Below are positions 27,085 to 36,704 of a DNA stretch of 64,000 nt, in pieces; the first letter of the stretch is position 1; every line of letters starts with the position of its first letter. The position numbers were made by a program, and so were the translations under genes. The notes below the pieces were generated by a model that did no database searches, had not been told where the DNA came from, and saw nothing but the letters and a program-made list of their open reading frames with translations. This stretch comes from an uncultured Armatimonadetes bacterium (GTDB lineage: Bacteria; Armatimonadota; Fimbriimonadia; Fimbriimonadales; Fimbriimonadaceae): NCBI GenBank assembly GCA_963800805.1, contig CAWDCK010000014.1, positions 18,170 through 82,169 on the forward strand, given 5' to 3'.

Positions 27085-27531
27085 TTAAAAACGAGGAAGA
27101 TAAGGATAAACCTCGCGGCTCAAGGTATTTGGCAAAACTTTCCACTTTCCATCAATTTTTACAAGGTTAACCTGAAAGTTCTCTTCATATGGACTCATCG
27201 AATCAAGCCGAAGTACTTTCATCCGAACGCCTACTTGGTTTTTGGATTGAGGAAGTACGGACTCAGTCTTCCAAGCAAAACTATAATATTTACTGCGCTC
27301 AGTTGAAGTTTTCCATGCTTTCTCCAATTCAGCGACATCCATGCCTTTCACGCTTGAAAGCTCTGCCAGAGTTTTGGAATCGCCTTTTGCTAAAGCAGAC
27401 ATAAATGTGCCGGCCGTGACCTGGGGAGTATCACCACCAATCATCACCAAACCAACAACAACAACCATTCCTCCAAGGCCCGCTGGAATCATCCAGTGTG
27501 TTTTTCCACTTTGCTTCATTTTCGAATTCAT
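27085..27531 (-). CDS. Hypothetical membrane-anchored NTF2-like (DUF4878-like) protein
   Basis: TM, then PQVTAGTFMSALAKGD...VNLVKIDGKWKV pattern. Confidence 0.65.
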   Translation of the reverse strand: MNSKMKQSGKTHWMIPAGLGGMVVVVGLVMIGGDTPQVTAGTFMSALAKGDSKTLAELSSVKGMDVAELEKAWKTSTERSKYYSFAWKTESVLPQSKNQVGVRMKVLRLDSMSPYEENFQVNLVKIDGKWKVLPNTLSREVYPYLPRF

Positions 27532-27534
27532 ATC

Positions 27535-27954
27535 CTAACTAAAATCATTCATCTGAGCTTGAAGTTTCAAACTCGAACCAGCATCTATAATCCATCGATT
27601 TTCTGGCTTTCTGACAACTAAACGTATTGCTCCTACTATTCTGTTCCCAGAATGGACATAAACAACATCAACATAAGACAAGCGTCCTTCGGTCGTGACT
27701 CTCCCTAACTGAATCTGCACACCCCGTGCCAATGCATCAGAAATCTGTAATCTCAAAAATCGACCAGTTTCAAGTTCGCCGTCAACCATCAAATTCAAAA
27801 CTTCCGCTGAATCACCTTCTAAAATAGCTTGATGAAATCGACGGACTGTAGTCTCCGGCCCCCTATTGGCAGAAAGTGCAAACACGCTCAAAGTCAATGC
27901 TGAGAGTGCTATTGCCGAAAATACAGATTGCGAAACGAAATGTGTTCCCCGCAC
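27535..27954 (-). CDS. Hypothetical exported NTF2-like (DUF4878-like) protein
   Basis: Signal/TM, then PETTVRRFHQAILEGD...LVVRKPENRWII pattern. Confidence 0.65.
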   Translation of the reverse strand: MRGTHFVSQSVFSAIALSALTLSVFALSANRGPETTVRRFHQAILEGDSAEVLNLMVDGELETGRFLRLQISDALARGVQIQLGRVTTEGRLSYVDVVYVHSGNRIVGAIRLVVRKPENRWIIDAGSSLKLQAQMNDFS

Positions 27955-28036
27955 GAATCATAGGATACTAAGTTTTACTGAACGAAAGGCACCTGGTTCC
28001 GTCTAAACTTGCCATATAATTCTATATAGAACCTTA

Positions 28037-29284
28037 ATGAGTGATTTTAAAATGAAAGAAAGCATTACAAGAAGACAGCTAATTGGTAAGGGTGGGGTTC
28101 TTGCCGTTGGGCTGATGGCTCCTGCTTGGTTAGCAAATGTAGCTCGTGCTGATATCGCCAAACTTGGTTCTGGAAAGTCGTTAGATCCTGATAATGTCCT
28201 CATCGTTTGCCAACTGTCAGGCGGAAACGATGGGCTCAATACTCTTGTTCCTTTCTCAAATCCAGATTACTACAAAGCCAGACCTTCAATCGGAATTCCA
28301 AAAGAAACTGTTCTCGAATTTGAAAGCGGTATGGGTTTCCATCCCGAAATGGCAGGATTAGCCCAACTTTACAAAGAAGGAAAAGTTGCCGTTATTCAAG
28401 GAGTCGGATACCCTCGCCCTAACCAAAGCCACTTTAAGTCAATGGACATCTGGCAGTCGGCAAGTCCCGATGGTGTCATGAAATATGGTTGGGTAGGTAG
28501 AGCTATGGACATATCTGCTGCCGGAGGTCCGCTCAGCCCAATTGCTGGAATTGGACTCAGTACGGAAAAGCCATTAGCATTAACGGCAAAGCAAGCAAGT
28601 ATTCCTTGCTTTGCTAGTCTCAACGATGTGCTAGGAATGGTAGGCGATCCAGAAACGGAAAAAATGCTCAGAGAAATCCAAGGTATGGATGCGATGGAAG
28701 GAACTGCGGTTCGCACCATTCAAAAAGCCAACAACACTGCCTTAGATGCTATGAATTTGCTTAAGAAGCAATTAGATGGATACAAGAGCAATCAAACTTA
28801 TGGCAACGATCGGTTCGGTCAAGGCTTCCGACAAATAGCACAACTCGTCGCTACTAGCCCCCAAACGCGAGTAATTTATTTTAGTGCCGGAGGATTCGAC
28901 ACCCACTCTGGTCAGGCAAATTCCCATGCTGCCCTGCTCAAAGGTTTCAGTGACGCTGTCCTCAATCTTCAAAAGGAGCTTGAAGCCATTGGAAAAGCCG
29001 ACAAAGTCACAATCCTTGTCTTTTCTGAATTTGGTCGAAGAACTTATGAAAATGGAAGTGCCGGTACAGATCACGGCAAGGCTGGCCCCATGTTCATGAT
29101 TGGGAAAAACGTTAAAGGTGGACTATATGGCCCTAAACCGGATTTCCAATCGTTGGACAACGGTGACCTGAAATGGGAGATTGATTTCCGCCAAGTCTAT
29201 GCGTCTGCACTGGATGACTGGCTCGATACCGATTCAAAATCTGTCCTCGGCGAATCGTTTACTAAACTAAATTTGATTAAGTAA
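28037..29284 (+). CDS. DUF1501 domain protein, probable Tat substrate
   Basis: ITRRQLI twin-arginine leader; LSGGNDGLN, GGFDTH, SEFGRR and GTDHG motifs. Confidence 0.88.
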   Translation: MSDFKMKESITRRQLIGKGGVLAVGLMAPAWLANVARADIAKLGSGKSLDPDNVLIVCQLSGGNDGLNTLVPFSNPDYYKARPSIGIPKETVLEFESGMGFHPEMAGLAQLYKEGKVAVIQGVGYPRPNQSHFKSMDIWQSASPDGVMKYGWVGRAMDISAAGGPLSPIAGIGLSTEKPLALTAKQASIPCFASLNDVLGMVGDPETEKMLREIQGMDAMEGTAVRTIQKANNTALDAMNLLKKQLDGYKSNQTYGNDRFGQGFRQIAQLVATSPQTRVIYFSAGGFDTHSGQANSHAALLKGFSDAVLNLQKELEAIGKADKVTILVFSEFGRRTYENGSAGTDHGKAGPMFMIGKNVKGGLYGPKPDFQSLDNGDLKWEIDFRQVYASALDDWLDTDSKSVLGESFTKLNLIK

Positions 29285-29923
29285 TTAATCAAATTCCAAA
29301 TTGAATACCGAAGAAAAAGCCTCGATTACGCGGGGCTTGACTTCGTCTACCTCAACTTCTCTACCCAAAACATGAGTTAAAGAAGTGACTCCATAACCAG
29401 AAATTCCACAAGGGACAATTCCTTCAAAGCCTTCCGTTCCATTGTTGCAATTCAATGCAATTCCGTGCAAACTTACCCATCGTCTTATTTTTACGCCAAT
29501 TGCCGCTATTTTTTCATCCTCAATCCAGGCCCCTGTAAATCCCTCAAATCGCCGACCAGATAGCCCATAGCGTTGCAACACTTGCAGCATCACCTCTTCT
29601 AAGTCCCTCATCCATCGATGCAAATCTTTGCCGTGCCGACTAACATCAAATATCGGATAAATCACTAACTGTCCCGGACCATGGTAGGTGACATCACCTC
29701 CCCGGTCAGTTTTGACAATCTCAATTCCCATTGCCGAATACTCGCCCGTATTTAGCAGTAAATTGGATTCATGAAAGTTGGCGCCTAATGTCAGGACTGG
29801 TGGATGTTCAACAAAAATTAATGTGTCTTTTCCACCGGCCAGCACGATCTCTACCGCTTCAAGTTGTCGATTCCACGCTTCTTTGTAATCCATTTGACCA
29901 AGGTCAATTATCTTCCCCTTCAT
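29285..29923 (-). CDS. lipB: Lipoyl(octanoyl) transferase
   Basis: EHPPVLTLG, DRGGDVTYHGPGQL, KIAAIG, HGIALN and IVPCGI motifs. Confidence 0.96.
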   Translation of the reverse strand: MKGKIIDLGQMDYKEAWNRQLEAVEIVLAGGKDTLIFVEHPPVLTLGANFHESNLLLNTGEYSAMGIEIVKTDRGGDVTYHGPGQLVIYPIFDVSRHGKDLHRWMRDLEEVMLQVLQRYGLSGRRFEGFTGAWIEDEKIAAIGVKIRRWVSLHGIALNCNNGTEGFEGIVPCGISGYGVTSLTHVLGREVEVDEVKPRVIEAFSSVFNLEFD

Positions 29924-31737
29924 AAGTCACCAATCGGATCTTGCACTATAAAGACAGCCTTACCATCAATAGAATTTGCAAGTTCAACTAACTCTGCCTC
30001 TGGCAATTCTCTTGCTGTAGAATCCGATACGGCAATTCCACCCACAGGAGCAACTTTTTCAATATGGGCAGCGATATCAATCAATTCACTAAAAGGAGCA
30101 TCACCAAAATCTGCACTTGTCTCTCCCGTATGCATGCCAATCCTGATTCGAAACTTCTTATCGAGGCGATTCCGTTTTCGATTAAAGTCTCGCATTTCAG
30201 AATGAATATCTCGGGCCGCGTCAAGTGCAACATGACTACCCGGAAAAGCGACAATTGCCCCATCTCCGGCCGTGGAAAAAACATATCCACCGTGTCGCTG
30301 GCTCACCTCATCAACAAGGTTTTGATATTCTCGGAAGCTATATTCAATTCGCAACGGATCATTATCGGCTTTCAATCGAGTCGAGCCTGCAACGTCAACT
30401 GACATAACACAAGCTTGTCGATTTCCTAGGTTAAGGCGCCATTGTAGCAAAACCATTTCCGAAACCAACTGCGCCGCATCATTGCCTTTTAACCTGCGTT
30501 TTCGCCAATAACTTGTGTCAATTGAAGCCGCAAACCCAGAAAAAACCCCAATTGCAATAACAAATGGTAATCCGTTCCAAAATCGCTCACTTTGAAATGT
30601 ATTGATCGCGTATTCCCATCCATATGGCGGATATGGAAACAAATAAGCAATGCCTGTCCCAAGCCAAGACATTAACACCGCAAATAAAGATCTCAAGGGT
30701 CGCCCACCTAAGTATCCAACTCCCGCCATGACCACAAGGCCAACAAAGAATGTTGTAACCATAATCACCATTGCAGCCGGATGGGACATGGCAACTTCAT
30801 CATCCCAACTAAATCCACCGGTCAGACTTGAATATGTCCCGACAACAGCCACTTCAAAAATTCCAGAGAAAAACCCGAAAGCAACTCCCAAAATTGGAAA
30901 CCACTTCATATTTCGAGTTCTTTCGAGTAGTGTTCCTTTCGTTGAACGAGTTAAGTCGCTGGACTGTAAGCCCTGAATAGCTTGCTGGACCTCTAATAGC
31001 CGTCCTACAAGCTCTTGCCGTGACAATCGCTTCTCACGTCGAACCTCGCGTCGCAGGGCTACAAAGCCACCAACAACACTCATGCCCGTGCCAAGCAAGG
31101 CATATAAAGTTCCCACTAAAACTCCTGAAATCAAAATGAGAACAATTTGTGAGCCCAAATTGAATGATTCGATCATGCCAACCAAAACAATTCCAATCGC
31201 AAGGAGCGCTCCAGCAAAAACAGGATATCGTGCTCTACCATGTCGGAAGAAGCAAACGACATGCAGGCTTAATGTTGTCAGCAACATCGCAATGCTAATT
31301 GCAAAAAATGTTTGGTTCGAAAATCTGCTTCCATTTGGAAAAAAGCGTTGAATAACAAATATGGACATCAAGACTAGTCCGGAAATCAAGATCGCCCAAA
31401 ATGGTCGTTCTGTTATCGAACGTAAAAATTTCAAGACTCCTTGAGAAAGAAACTCGAAAATAGTCTGAGCCTGATTTTTTATCCTCCAGAAAATCTTTCC
31501 AAATCTTTCAAATGATGACTCTTGCTCAACTGGACCTCTTAAACCAACTTGAACGTTTTCAACAAACTCGAGTGGAACCCCTATCTTTTCGGCAATTGCA
31601 CTTGCCGGCTCATTGATACTTTTTGGATTGTCTCTAAAGTAGTCAACAATTTGTGAAATCTTAGAATCTAGATTCACAAATTGCTCAGAATGATTTTGTT
31701 CCGCTTCAATCATTTCCGTTGTCCCATCATTAGCCAC
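29920..31737 (-). CDS. Multi-TM protein with C-terminal class III nucleotide cyclase-like domain
   Basis: Two TM bundles; SVDVAGST, TAGDG and IRIGMHTGE cyclase-fold motifs. Confidence 0.82.
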   Translation of the reverse strand: MANDGTTEMIEAEQNHSEQFVNLDSKISQIVDYFRDNPKSINEPASAIAEKIGVPLEFVENVQVGLRGPVEQESSFERFGKIFWRIKNQAQTIFEFLSQGVLKFLRSITERPFWAILISGLVLMSIFVIQRFFPNGSRFSNQTFFAISIAMLLTTLSLHVVCFFRHGRARYPVFAGALLAIGIVLVGMIESFNLGSQIVLILISGVLVGTLYALLGTGMSVVGGFVALRREVRREKRLSRQELVGRLLEVQQAIQGLQSSDLTRSTKGTLLERTRNMKWFPILGVAFGFFSGIFEVAVVGTYSSLTGGFSWDDEVAMSHPAAMVIMVTTFFVGLVVMAGVGYLGGRPLRSLFAVLMSWLGTGIAYLFPYPPYGWEYAINTFQSERFWNGLPFVIAIGVFSGFAASIDTSYWRKRRLKGNDAAQLVSEMVLLQWRLNLGNRQACVMSVDVAGSTRLKADNDPLRIEYSFREYQNLVDEVSQRHGGYVFSTAGDGAIVAFPGSHVALDAARDIHSEMRDFNRKRNRLDKKFRIRIGMHTGETSADFGDAPFSELIDIAAHIEKVAPVGGIAVSDSTARELPEAELVELANSIDGKAVFIVQDPIGDL

Positions 31738-31761
31738 TCACATTGCACAACGTCCAAAACT

Positions 31762-31797
31762 AAAAAATCGTTCTTAATCCAAGGACTAAGAACGATT
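31762..31797 (-). terminator. Rho-independent terminator after the histone-like gene
   Basis: 11-bp inverted repeat AATCGTTCTTA/TAAGAACGATT with a minus-strand U tract (A run 31762-67). Confidence 0.75.
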
Positions 31798-31817
31798 GGA
31801 TAGTGTTTGTTTCTAAT

Positions 31818-32099
31818 TTACTCTTCTGTTTTAGCGGCAGCTTTTTTTGCTGGAGCTTTTTTCTTTGGAGCAGCTTTGGCTTCACCTTCGGCCTTAGTCG
31901 CTTTTTTTGCCGCTGGCTTTTTTGCTGCTGGTTTCTTTTCAGCCGCTTTCTTAGCTGGAGCCGTCGTTGCCGGAGCTTCTGCCTTAGCTGACTTCTTAGC
32001 ACCGGATTTCTTACCTGCAATCGCTTCTTTTATCAGCTCCTTTACGCGCTCTTCTTTTCGGCGCCGTCGCTGACGAATTTCTTTGTTACGAACTCTCAT
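31818..32099 (-). CDS. Small basic Lys/Ala/Pro-rich protein, histone H1-like tail
   Basis: SD AGGAG upstream, Arg-rich N-terminal helix, repeated PAKKAA/KKPAAKK, and its own terminator. Confidence 0.8.
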   Translation of the reverse strand: MRVRNKEIRQRRRRKEERVKELIKEAIAGKKSGAKKSAKAEAPATTAPAKKAAEKKPAAKKPAAKKATKAEGEAKAAPKKKAPAKKAAAKTEE

Positions 32100-32160
32100 A
32101 AAACTGGTCTCCTGATCTCACAATCCAGGTAACCGCAAAGGATACCTCCGACGATCGAAC

Positions 32161-33132
32161 TTAAACCAGGGACCGAATTGATTCTAAATCATCCGAACTG
32201 AGAACTGCAACACCAACATGCTGGATAACTCTCGCCGAAGCCTCAACTGCCAGCCGAAAAACATCCATTTCAAAGCCTAAAACACCCATCCCTAAAGCGA
32301 TAGACGAAATCGCCGTATCACCTGCGCCAGCGACGTCATAAGCTTCAACTGAAGGTGCCGGAACAACCAACTCTTGTTCTTCAAATGTAGAAACTAATCC
32401 AAGGTCGCCAAGAGTGATGACGACGCCTTTTACATTTAGCTTTGCTTGCAGCGACTTTGCGGCACTCAATGCAATTTCACGATTTGGAATCGAGTGTCCA
32501 ATGCAATCTTCCGCTTCTTTACGATTCAAAGTTACAAGATGTGAGCCAGCAAAGAAATGGGCAGAACTTGGTTTTGCGTTGGCAACAACCGGCACACCTC
32601 TAGAAACTGCAATTTCAATCAGCTCTTTACAAAGGGACTTCGTTAAAACTCCTTTGCGATAATCACTCAAAAGAACAACATCTGCCTTTTCGATTGACTT
32701 TTGATATCGATTCCTCAATTGCGCTGAAAACTCTTCGATTAAGTCTTCATCATCTTCTTCATCAATTCTCAATACTTGGTGACTATGATTAGCAACAACT
32801 CTAGTCTTACAGGTTGTCGGTCTTCCTGGAATCTCAAGGATTTCTGATCGTAGTCCGGGAGTCTCAGCCAGGGCCGAAACAAATGAACTTCCTTTTGAAT
32901 CTTGCCCAACAACACCAATTACTGTTGCCGATGCACCCAACGCTACAATGTTCTTGGCAACGTTCGCTGCTCCTCCCGGAACCATGCGATGGTCTCGCTT
33001 TCGAACAACCATGACTGGTGCTTCAGGAGATATACGATCAATAGAGCCAAATATATACTCATCAATCATGACATCGCCAACTATTAAAACATGCTGTCCT
33101 GATAACTGATCTAATAGCCGGCTCAGACTCAT
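32161..33132 (-). CDS. rfaE1: D-glycero-beta-D-manno-heptose-7-phosphate kinase (RfaE/HldE domain I, PfkB family)
   Basis: VGDVMIDEY, RISPEAPV, PGGAANVA, SDYRKG and DVAGAGDT motifs; no fused adenylyltransferase domain. Confidence 0.85.
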   Translation of the reverse strand: MSLSRLLDQLSGQHVLIVGDVMIDEYIFGSIDRISPEAPVMVVRKRDHRMVPGGAANVAKNIVALGASATVIGVVGQDSKGSSFVSALAETPGLRSEILEIPGRPTTCKTRVVANHSHQVLRIDEEDDEDLIEEFSAQLRNRYQKSIEKADVVLLSDYRKGVLTKSLCKELIEIAVSRGVPVVANAKPSSAHFFAGSHLVTLNRKEAEDCIGHSIPNREIALSAAKSLQAKLNVKGVVITLGDLGLVSTFEEQELVVPAPSVEAYDVAGAGDTAISSIALGMGVLGFEMDVFRLAVEASARVIQHVGVAVLSSDDLESIRSLV

Positions 33133-33908
33133 AGTTTGGATTTTTCTCCAATCATGTCTTGTTGCTTTTTAACAGCAAGATCAAGTTCTTTGGTTGCTCC
33201 CGCCTTTTCTAAGAGTTGAAAGACCTTTGTCCAGGCTTTTTCAACATGCATTGGACGAGATTGTAAAAATGCCAATCCAGATTCCGTGCTTGCATCAACG
33301 ACTACCGATTGATGAACTTCTATTGTAGATTCAAGGAGTTTGGCAAGAGGAACATCACGTCCTTTTCCTTCAATTTCGGGAGTGATCTCGTAAAGCATAG
33401 CCATCATAATTGGTGCCGATCCTTCCTTACTGGCGTCAAACGTCGACTTAACCAATGCGAATGCTTCATCTAGTTTGCCTAAATGAGCTTTTACTCTTGC
33501 TAGTTGCAAACTATCGTTAACCAAACGGTCTTCGTCCGGAGCAATTTCTACCGCCCGCATAAGCAGAGTCTCCGCAGCTTCCCACTGCCCATCTTGGCGT
33601 AAAACATCCGCATACTTCCAAGCCGACTTAGACGGGACTAACTTAACATCAATTGTCTTTGCGTACTCATGAACAAGCACCGAAATCGCCTTATTTCGTT
33701 CTTCACCTGTCAATTCACCTTTTTGAACACGCAAATCAAGCGCGGCATAGGCAATGGCAATGTTTCTTTGCATGAGCCCTCCATCCATCATCTCTCTATT
33801 CGATAAGGCATTTGGATCAGGCAGGGTCTGAATATAACATCCCGATAGCACTAACGCGATCACAATGGCTAAGATTGATTTAAACCAAATTTGATCGGTA
33901 ACGCTCAT
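33129..33908 (-). CDS. Hypothetical TPR-like lipoprotein
   Basis: Lipobox LVLSGC and helical repeats; overlaps both neighbours. Confidence 0.7.
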   Translation of the reverse strand: MSVTDQIWFKSILAIVIALVLSGCYIQTLPDPNALSNREMMDGGLMQRNIAIAYAALDLRVQKGELTGEERNKAISVLVHEYAKTIDVKLVPSKSAWKYADVLRQDGQWEAAETLLMRAVEIAPDEDRLVNDSLQLARVKAHLGKLDEAFALVKSTFDASKEGSAPIMMAMLYEITPEIEGKGRDVPLAKLLESTIEVHQSVVVDASTESGLAFLQSRPMHVEKAWTKVFQLLEKAGATKELDLAVKKQQDMIGEKSKL

Positions 33909-35205
33909 GATTAAAAAATGGATCGCGATAAACTTCGTTTCCGCAATAAGTCAATACGGCCTTACCCGTCAGTTTCATGCCACCAAAAGGTGAATTCTTG
34001 CCCTTTGAAAAAGTTCTGTGCACATCATATTCCCATTCTTGATTAGGATCGATCAAAGTGATTTGAGCCACTGGAGTACCTCCTGGCGAAAGCGTGCCTG
34101 CTTCCAATCCTAGTATCTCTGCCGGAGCCGTGCTCAATTTTCGAATTGTCTCCAATGGAGTCAAAACCCCAGTTTGGGTGATATGAGTGAGTACAACTCC
34201 AACTGTACTTTCCAGACCCGTCATTCCAAACGGAGCTTCCTCAAAAGGAACAGAAACCTCAAACGGAGCATATGGAGAATGGTCACTCGCAATACAGTCA
34301 ATTGTTCCGTCATTGAGTGCTTGCAACAACAAGTCCAAGTCAACTTGAGTCCTGAGCGGCGGAGTTGTTTTAAACCGAACATCAAACTCGCCAACAGATT
34401 CCTCCGTCAATATCAAATGGTGAGGACAGACTTCGCAGGTAATAGGAGCACCGAGATACTTAAACTGACGAACCATTTCAACTCCGCCCCAAGTACTCAG
34501 CCTCAAAATATGTATCCGGCATCCGGTATTCAATGCAAGAACACAGTTCCGCATGATCATAATTTCCTCTGCGCTTCTTGGCATGCCAACTAATCCCAGC
34601 ATTGCCGAAATCGCACCATCATTCATCACCGAATCTTTGCTCAGTGCCAAATCTTCACAGTGCGCCATAATTGGCAAGTCAAGCTGCAGACAAAACTCCA
34701 TGGCTCGCATCATCACGCTTGAATCTTGAACTGGACCACCTTCGTCACTTACGGCTACAACGCCAGCTTTTTTCAAAGCTGCTAAATCGGCAACTTTCAG
34801 TCCATTTTGCCCAACTGTTAATGCGCCAACTGGAGCAACAAAAATTCCTCCTGCCCCTGGAGAAGCCGCTCGATCCAAAATAAAATCTATCAATGCCGGA
34901 TTGTCAAGGGCCGGAGTTGTGTTTGGCATACAGCAGATCGTCGTAAAACCACCTGCCGCCGCCGACTGAGTTCCTGACTGAATCGTCTCCCGACCTTCTT
35001 GCCCCGGTTCTCTCAAATGCGTATGCATATCAACAAGGCCCGGAGTAATCCAATATCCTTGACAATCATAAAGCTCATCAGCATCCGAATCGTCAAGATC
35101 GATTCCAATTTCCGTCACTTGTCCATCTACAACAACAACGTTCCCAACAACATCCAAGTCTTGCGAGGGATCAAGAATTCGCCCACCTTTAAAAACTGTT
35201 TTCAT
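33880..35205 (-). CDS. pyrC: Dihydroorotase (type I)
   Basis: DMHTHLREPG, MPNT, EVCPHHL and ASDHSP motifs; adjacent to pyrB. Confidence 0.93.
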   Translation of the reverse strand: MKTVFKGGRILDPSQDLDVVGNVVVVDGQVTEIGIDLDDSDADELYDCQGYWITPGLVDMHTHLREPGQEGRETIQSGTQSAAAGGFTTICCMPNTTPALDNPALIDFILDRAASPGAGGIFVAPVGALTVGQNGLKVADLAALKKAGVVAVSDEGGPVQDSSVMMRAMEFCLQLDLPIMAHCEDLALSKDSVMNDGAISAMLGLVGMPRSAEEIMIMRNCVLALNTGCRIHILRLSTWGGVEMVRQFKYLGAPITCEVCPHHLILTEESVGEFDVRFKTTPPLRTQVDLDLLLQALNDGTIDCIASDHSPYAPFEVSVPFEEAPFGMTGLESTVGVVLTHITQTGVLTPLETIRKLSTAPAEILGLEAGTLSPGGTPVAQITLIDPNQEWEYDVHRTFSKGKNSPFGGMKLTGKAVLTYCGNEVYRDPFFNHERYRSNLV

Positions 35206-36134
35206 TCTTCTTCCTCACGCCCGCCGAAAATCCATTTCAATGCTGCCATCCTAACAAATACACCGTTTGTAACTTGATCCAAAATTGCGCTTTGTGGGCC
35301 ATCCGCTGTCAAGTCATCCATTTCTACACCGCGATTTAGCGGACCCGGGTGCATGACCAATGCATCTTCTGCCGCAACTCGCAAACTAGTTCGATTCACT
35401 TGATACAATCGAGTGTATTCGCTGGTTGAACTGAGCCGACCATCTTCCATTCGTTCGCGTTGTAAACGCAAACACATCACAACATCACAATCTCGGATCC
35501 CTTCACGTAAATCATAAAAGATTTCGCCTGGTAATTGGCTACTGTAGGCGGGCAAAAGTGACCTTGGCCCAACAAACCGAACTGCGTTGCCCAACTTGCT
35601 CAAACACCAAGCATTACTTCTCGCCACTCGTGAATGTAGAACATCGCCCACAATTGCAATCTTCAAACCAGAGAGCCTTCCCTTACGCTCCAAAATTGTC
35701 AATGCATCGCCCAAAGCTTGTGTCGGATGCTCATGTTGGCCGTCTCCCGCATTAACAAGCGGACCCTCAAAAAACTCTGATGCTAATTGGGCCGATCCAG
35801 ATGCACGGTGACGGATAACAACCCCCTCTAATCGTTCATGCTTTAGCGTCAAAACGGTGTCTTTTAGCGATTCACCCTTGTTCAAACTACTTCCCGAATT
35901 TGAAAAATTAACAACTCGGTATCCAAGGTAACCCGCCGCTTGCTCAAAGCTCACTCTAGTACGAGTGCTATCTTCAAAAAACAATAATCCAACCGTTCGC
36001 TTCTGAGTTTGTTCTGCTGATTCTCCCGTCAAGATGATATTCTTAAAATCAGCCGCTAAGTTGATAATCTCTTTTAACTGTTCAGCTTCTAAATGCCGAA
36101 TCGCTATCAAGCTTCTACTCATCGCGTGCACCAC
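35202..36134 (-). CDS. pyrB: Aspartate carbamoyltransferase catalytic subunit
   Basis: FFEDSTRT, NAGDGQHEHPTQ, HSRVARSN and MHPGPLNRG motifs. Confidence 0.96.
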   Translation of the reverse strand: MVHAMSRSLIAIRHLEAEQLKEIINLAADFKNIILTGESAEQTQKRTVGLLFFEDSTRTRVSFEQAAGYLGYRVVNFSNSGSSLNKGESLKDTVLTLKHERLEGVVIRHRASGSAQLASEFFEGPLVNAGDGQHEHPTQALGDALTILERKGRLSGLKIAIVGDVLHSRVARSNAWCLSKLGNAVRFVGPRSLLPAYSSQLPGEIFYDLREGIRDCDVVMCLRLQRERMEDGRLSSTSEYTRLYQVNRTSLRVAAEDALVMHPGPLNRGVEMDDLTADGPQSAILDQVTNGVFVRMAALKWIFGGREEEE

Positions 36135-36657
36135 TATTTCCCGCCAATATCAGCTCGACCGAATCTTCTATTTCTGGTTCATTAACTCGAACTAAAATAT
36201 GATCTTCTCGCAACGTTTCAACTTTCCGACCAGTGTAATCCGGTTGAATCGGCAATTCTCGATGTCCACGATCAATCAACACCGCTAACTGAACTGATTT
36301 TGGTCGGCCGAATTTTAGCAACGCATCCATTGCCGCACGAATCGTTCGACCCGTAAAAATGACTTCGTCGACCAAAACCACTCTTTTGCCCGTAATCTGA
36401 AACGGAATATCGCTGGAATCAACAACTTTTTCCGGATCATCGTCCCGATTCCCCGTAACGTCAAGCTTGCCAACGGGGACAGTCTCACCTTCAATTTGAG
36501 TAATTGTAAAAGCTAATCGCTTGGCAACCGGATATCCGCGCCGTAAAATGCCGACAACGACAAGATCCTCGCACCCAGCATTGTCATCCAGAATTTCGGA
36601 AGCCAACCGCGCTAGTGTCCGCTTAATTCCAACGGCATCCAAAAGACGTTCACCCAT
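36115..36657 (-). CDS. pyrR: PyrR-family protein / uracil phosphoribosyltransferase
   Basis: VLVDEVIFTGRTIRAAMDAL and DRGHRELPIQPD motifs; first gene of pyrR-pyrB-pyrC. Confidence 0.92.
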   Translation of the reverse strand: MGERLLDAVGIKRTLARLASEILDDNAGCEDLVVVGILRRGYPVAKRLAFTITQIEGETVPVGKLDVTGNRDDDPEKVVDSSDIPFQITGKRVVLVDEVIFTGRTIRAAMDALLKFGRPKSVQLAVLIDRGHRELPIQPDYTGRKVETLREDHILVRVNEPEIEDSVELILAGNSGARDE

Positions 36658-36677
36658 TGTCTCTATTATGCCATGGA

Positions 36678-36704
36678 GGAACTCAGCTTAACCGGCTGAA
36701 TTCC
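36678..36704. other. Stem-loop between S9 peptidase gene and pyrR
   Basis: GGAACTCAGC-TTAACCG-GCTGAATTCC, with no U tract on the minus strand. Confidence 0.5.

Noticed and set aside
31760-32073. Overlapping ORFs 31760-32020, 31803-31991 and 31807-32073
   Set aside because: These are shadow frames produced by the repetitive Lys/Ala codons of the histone-like gene.
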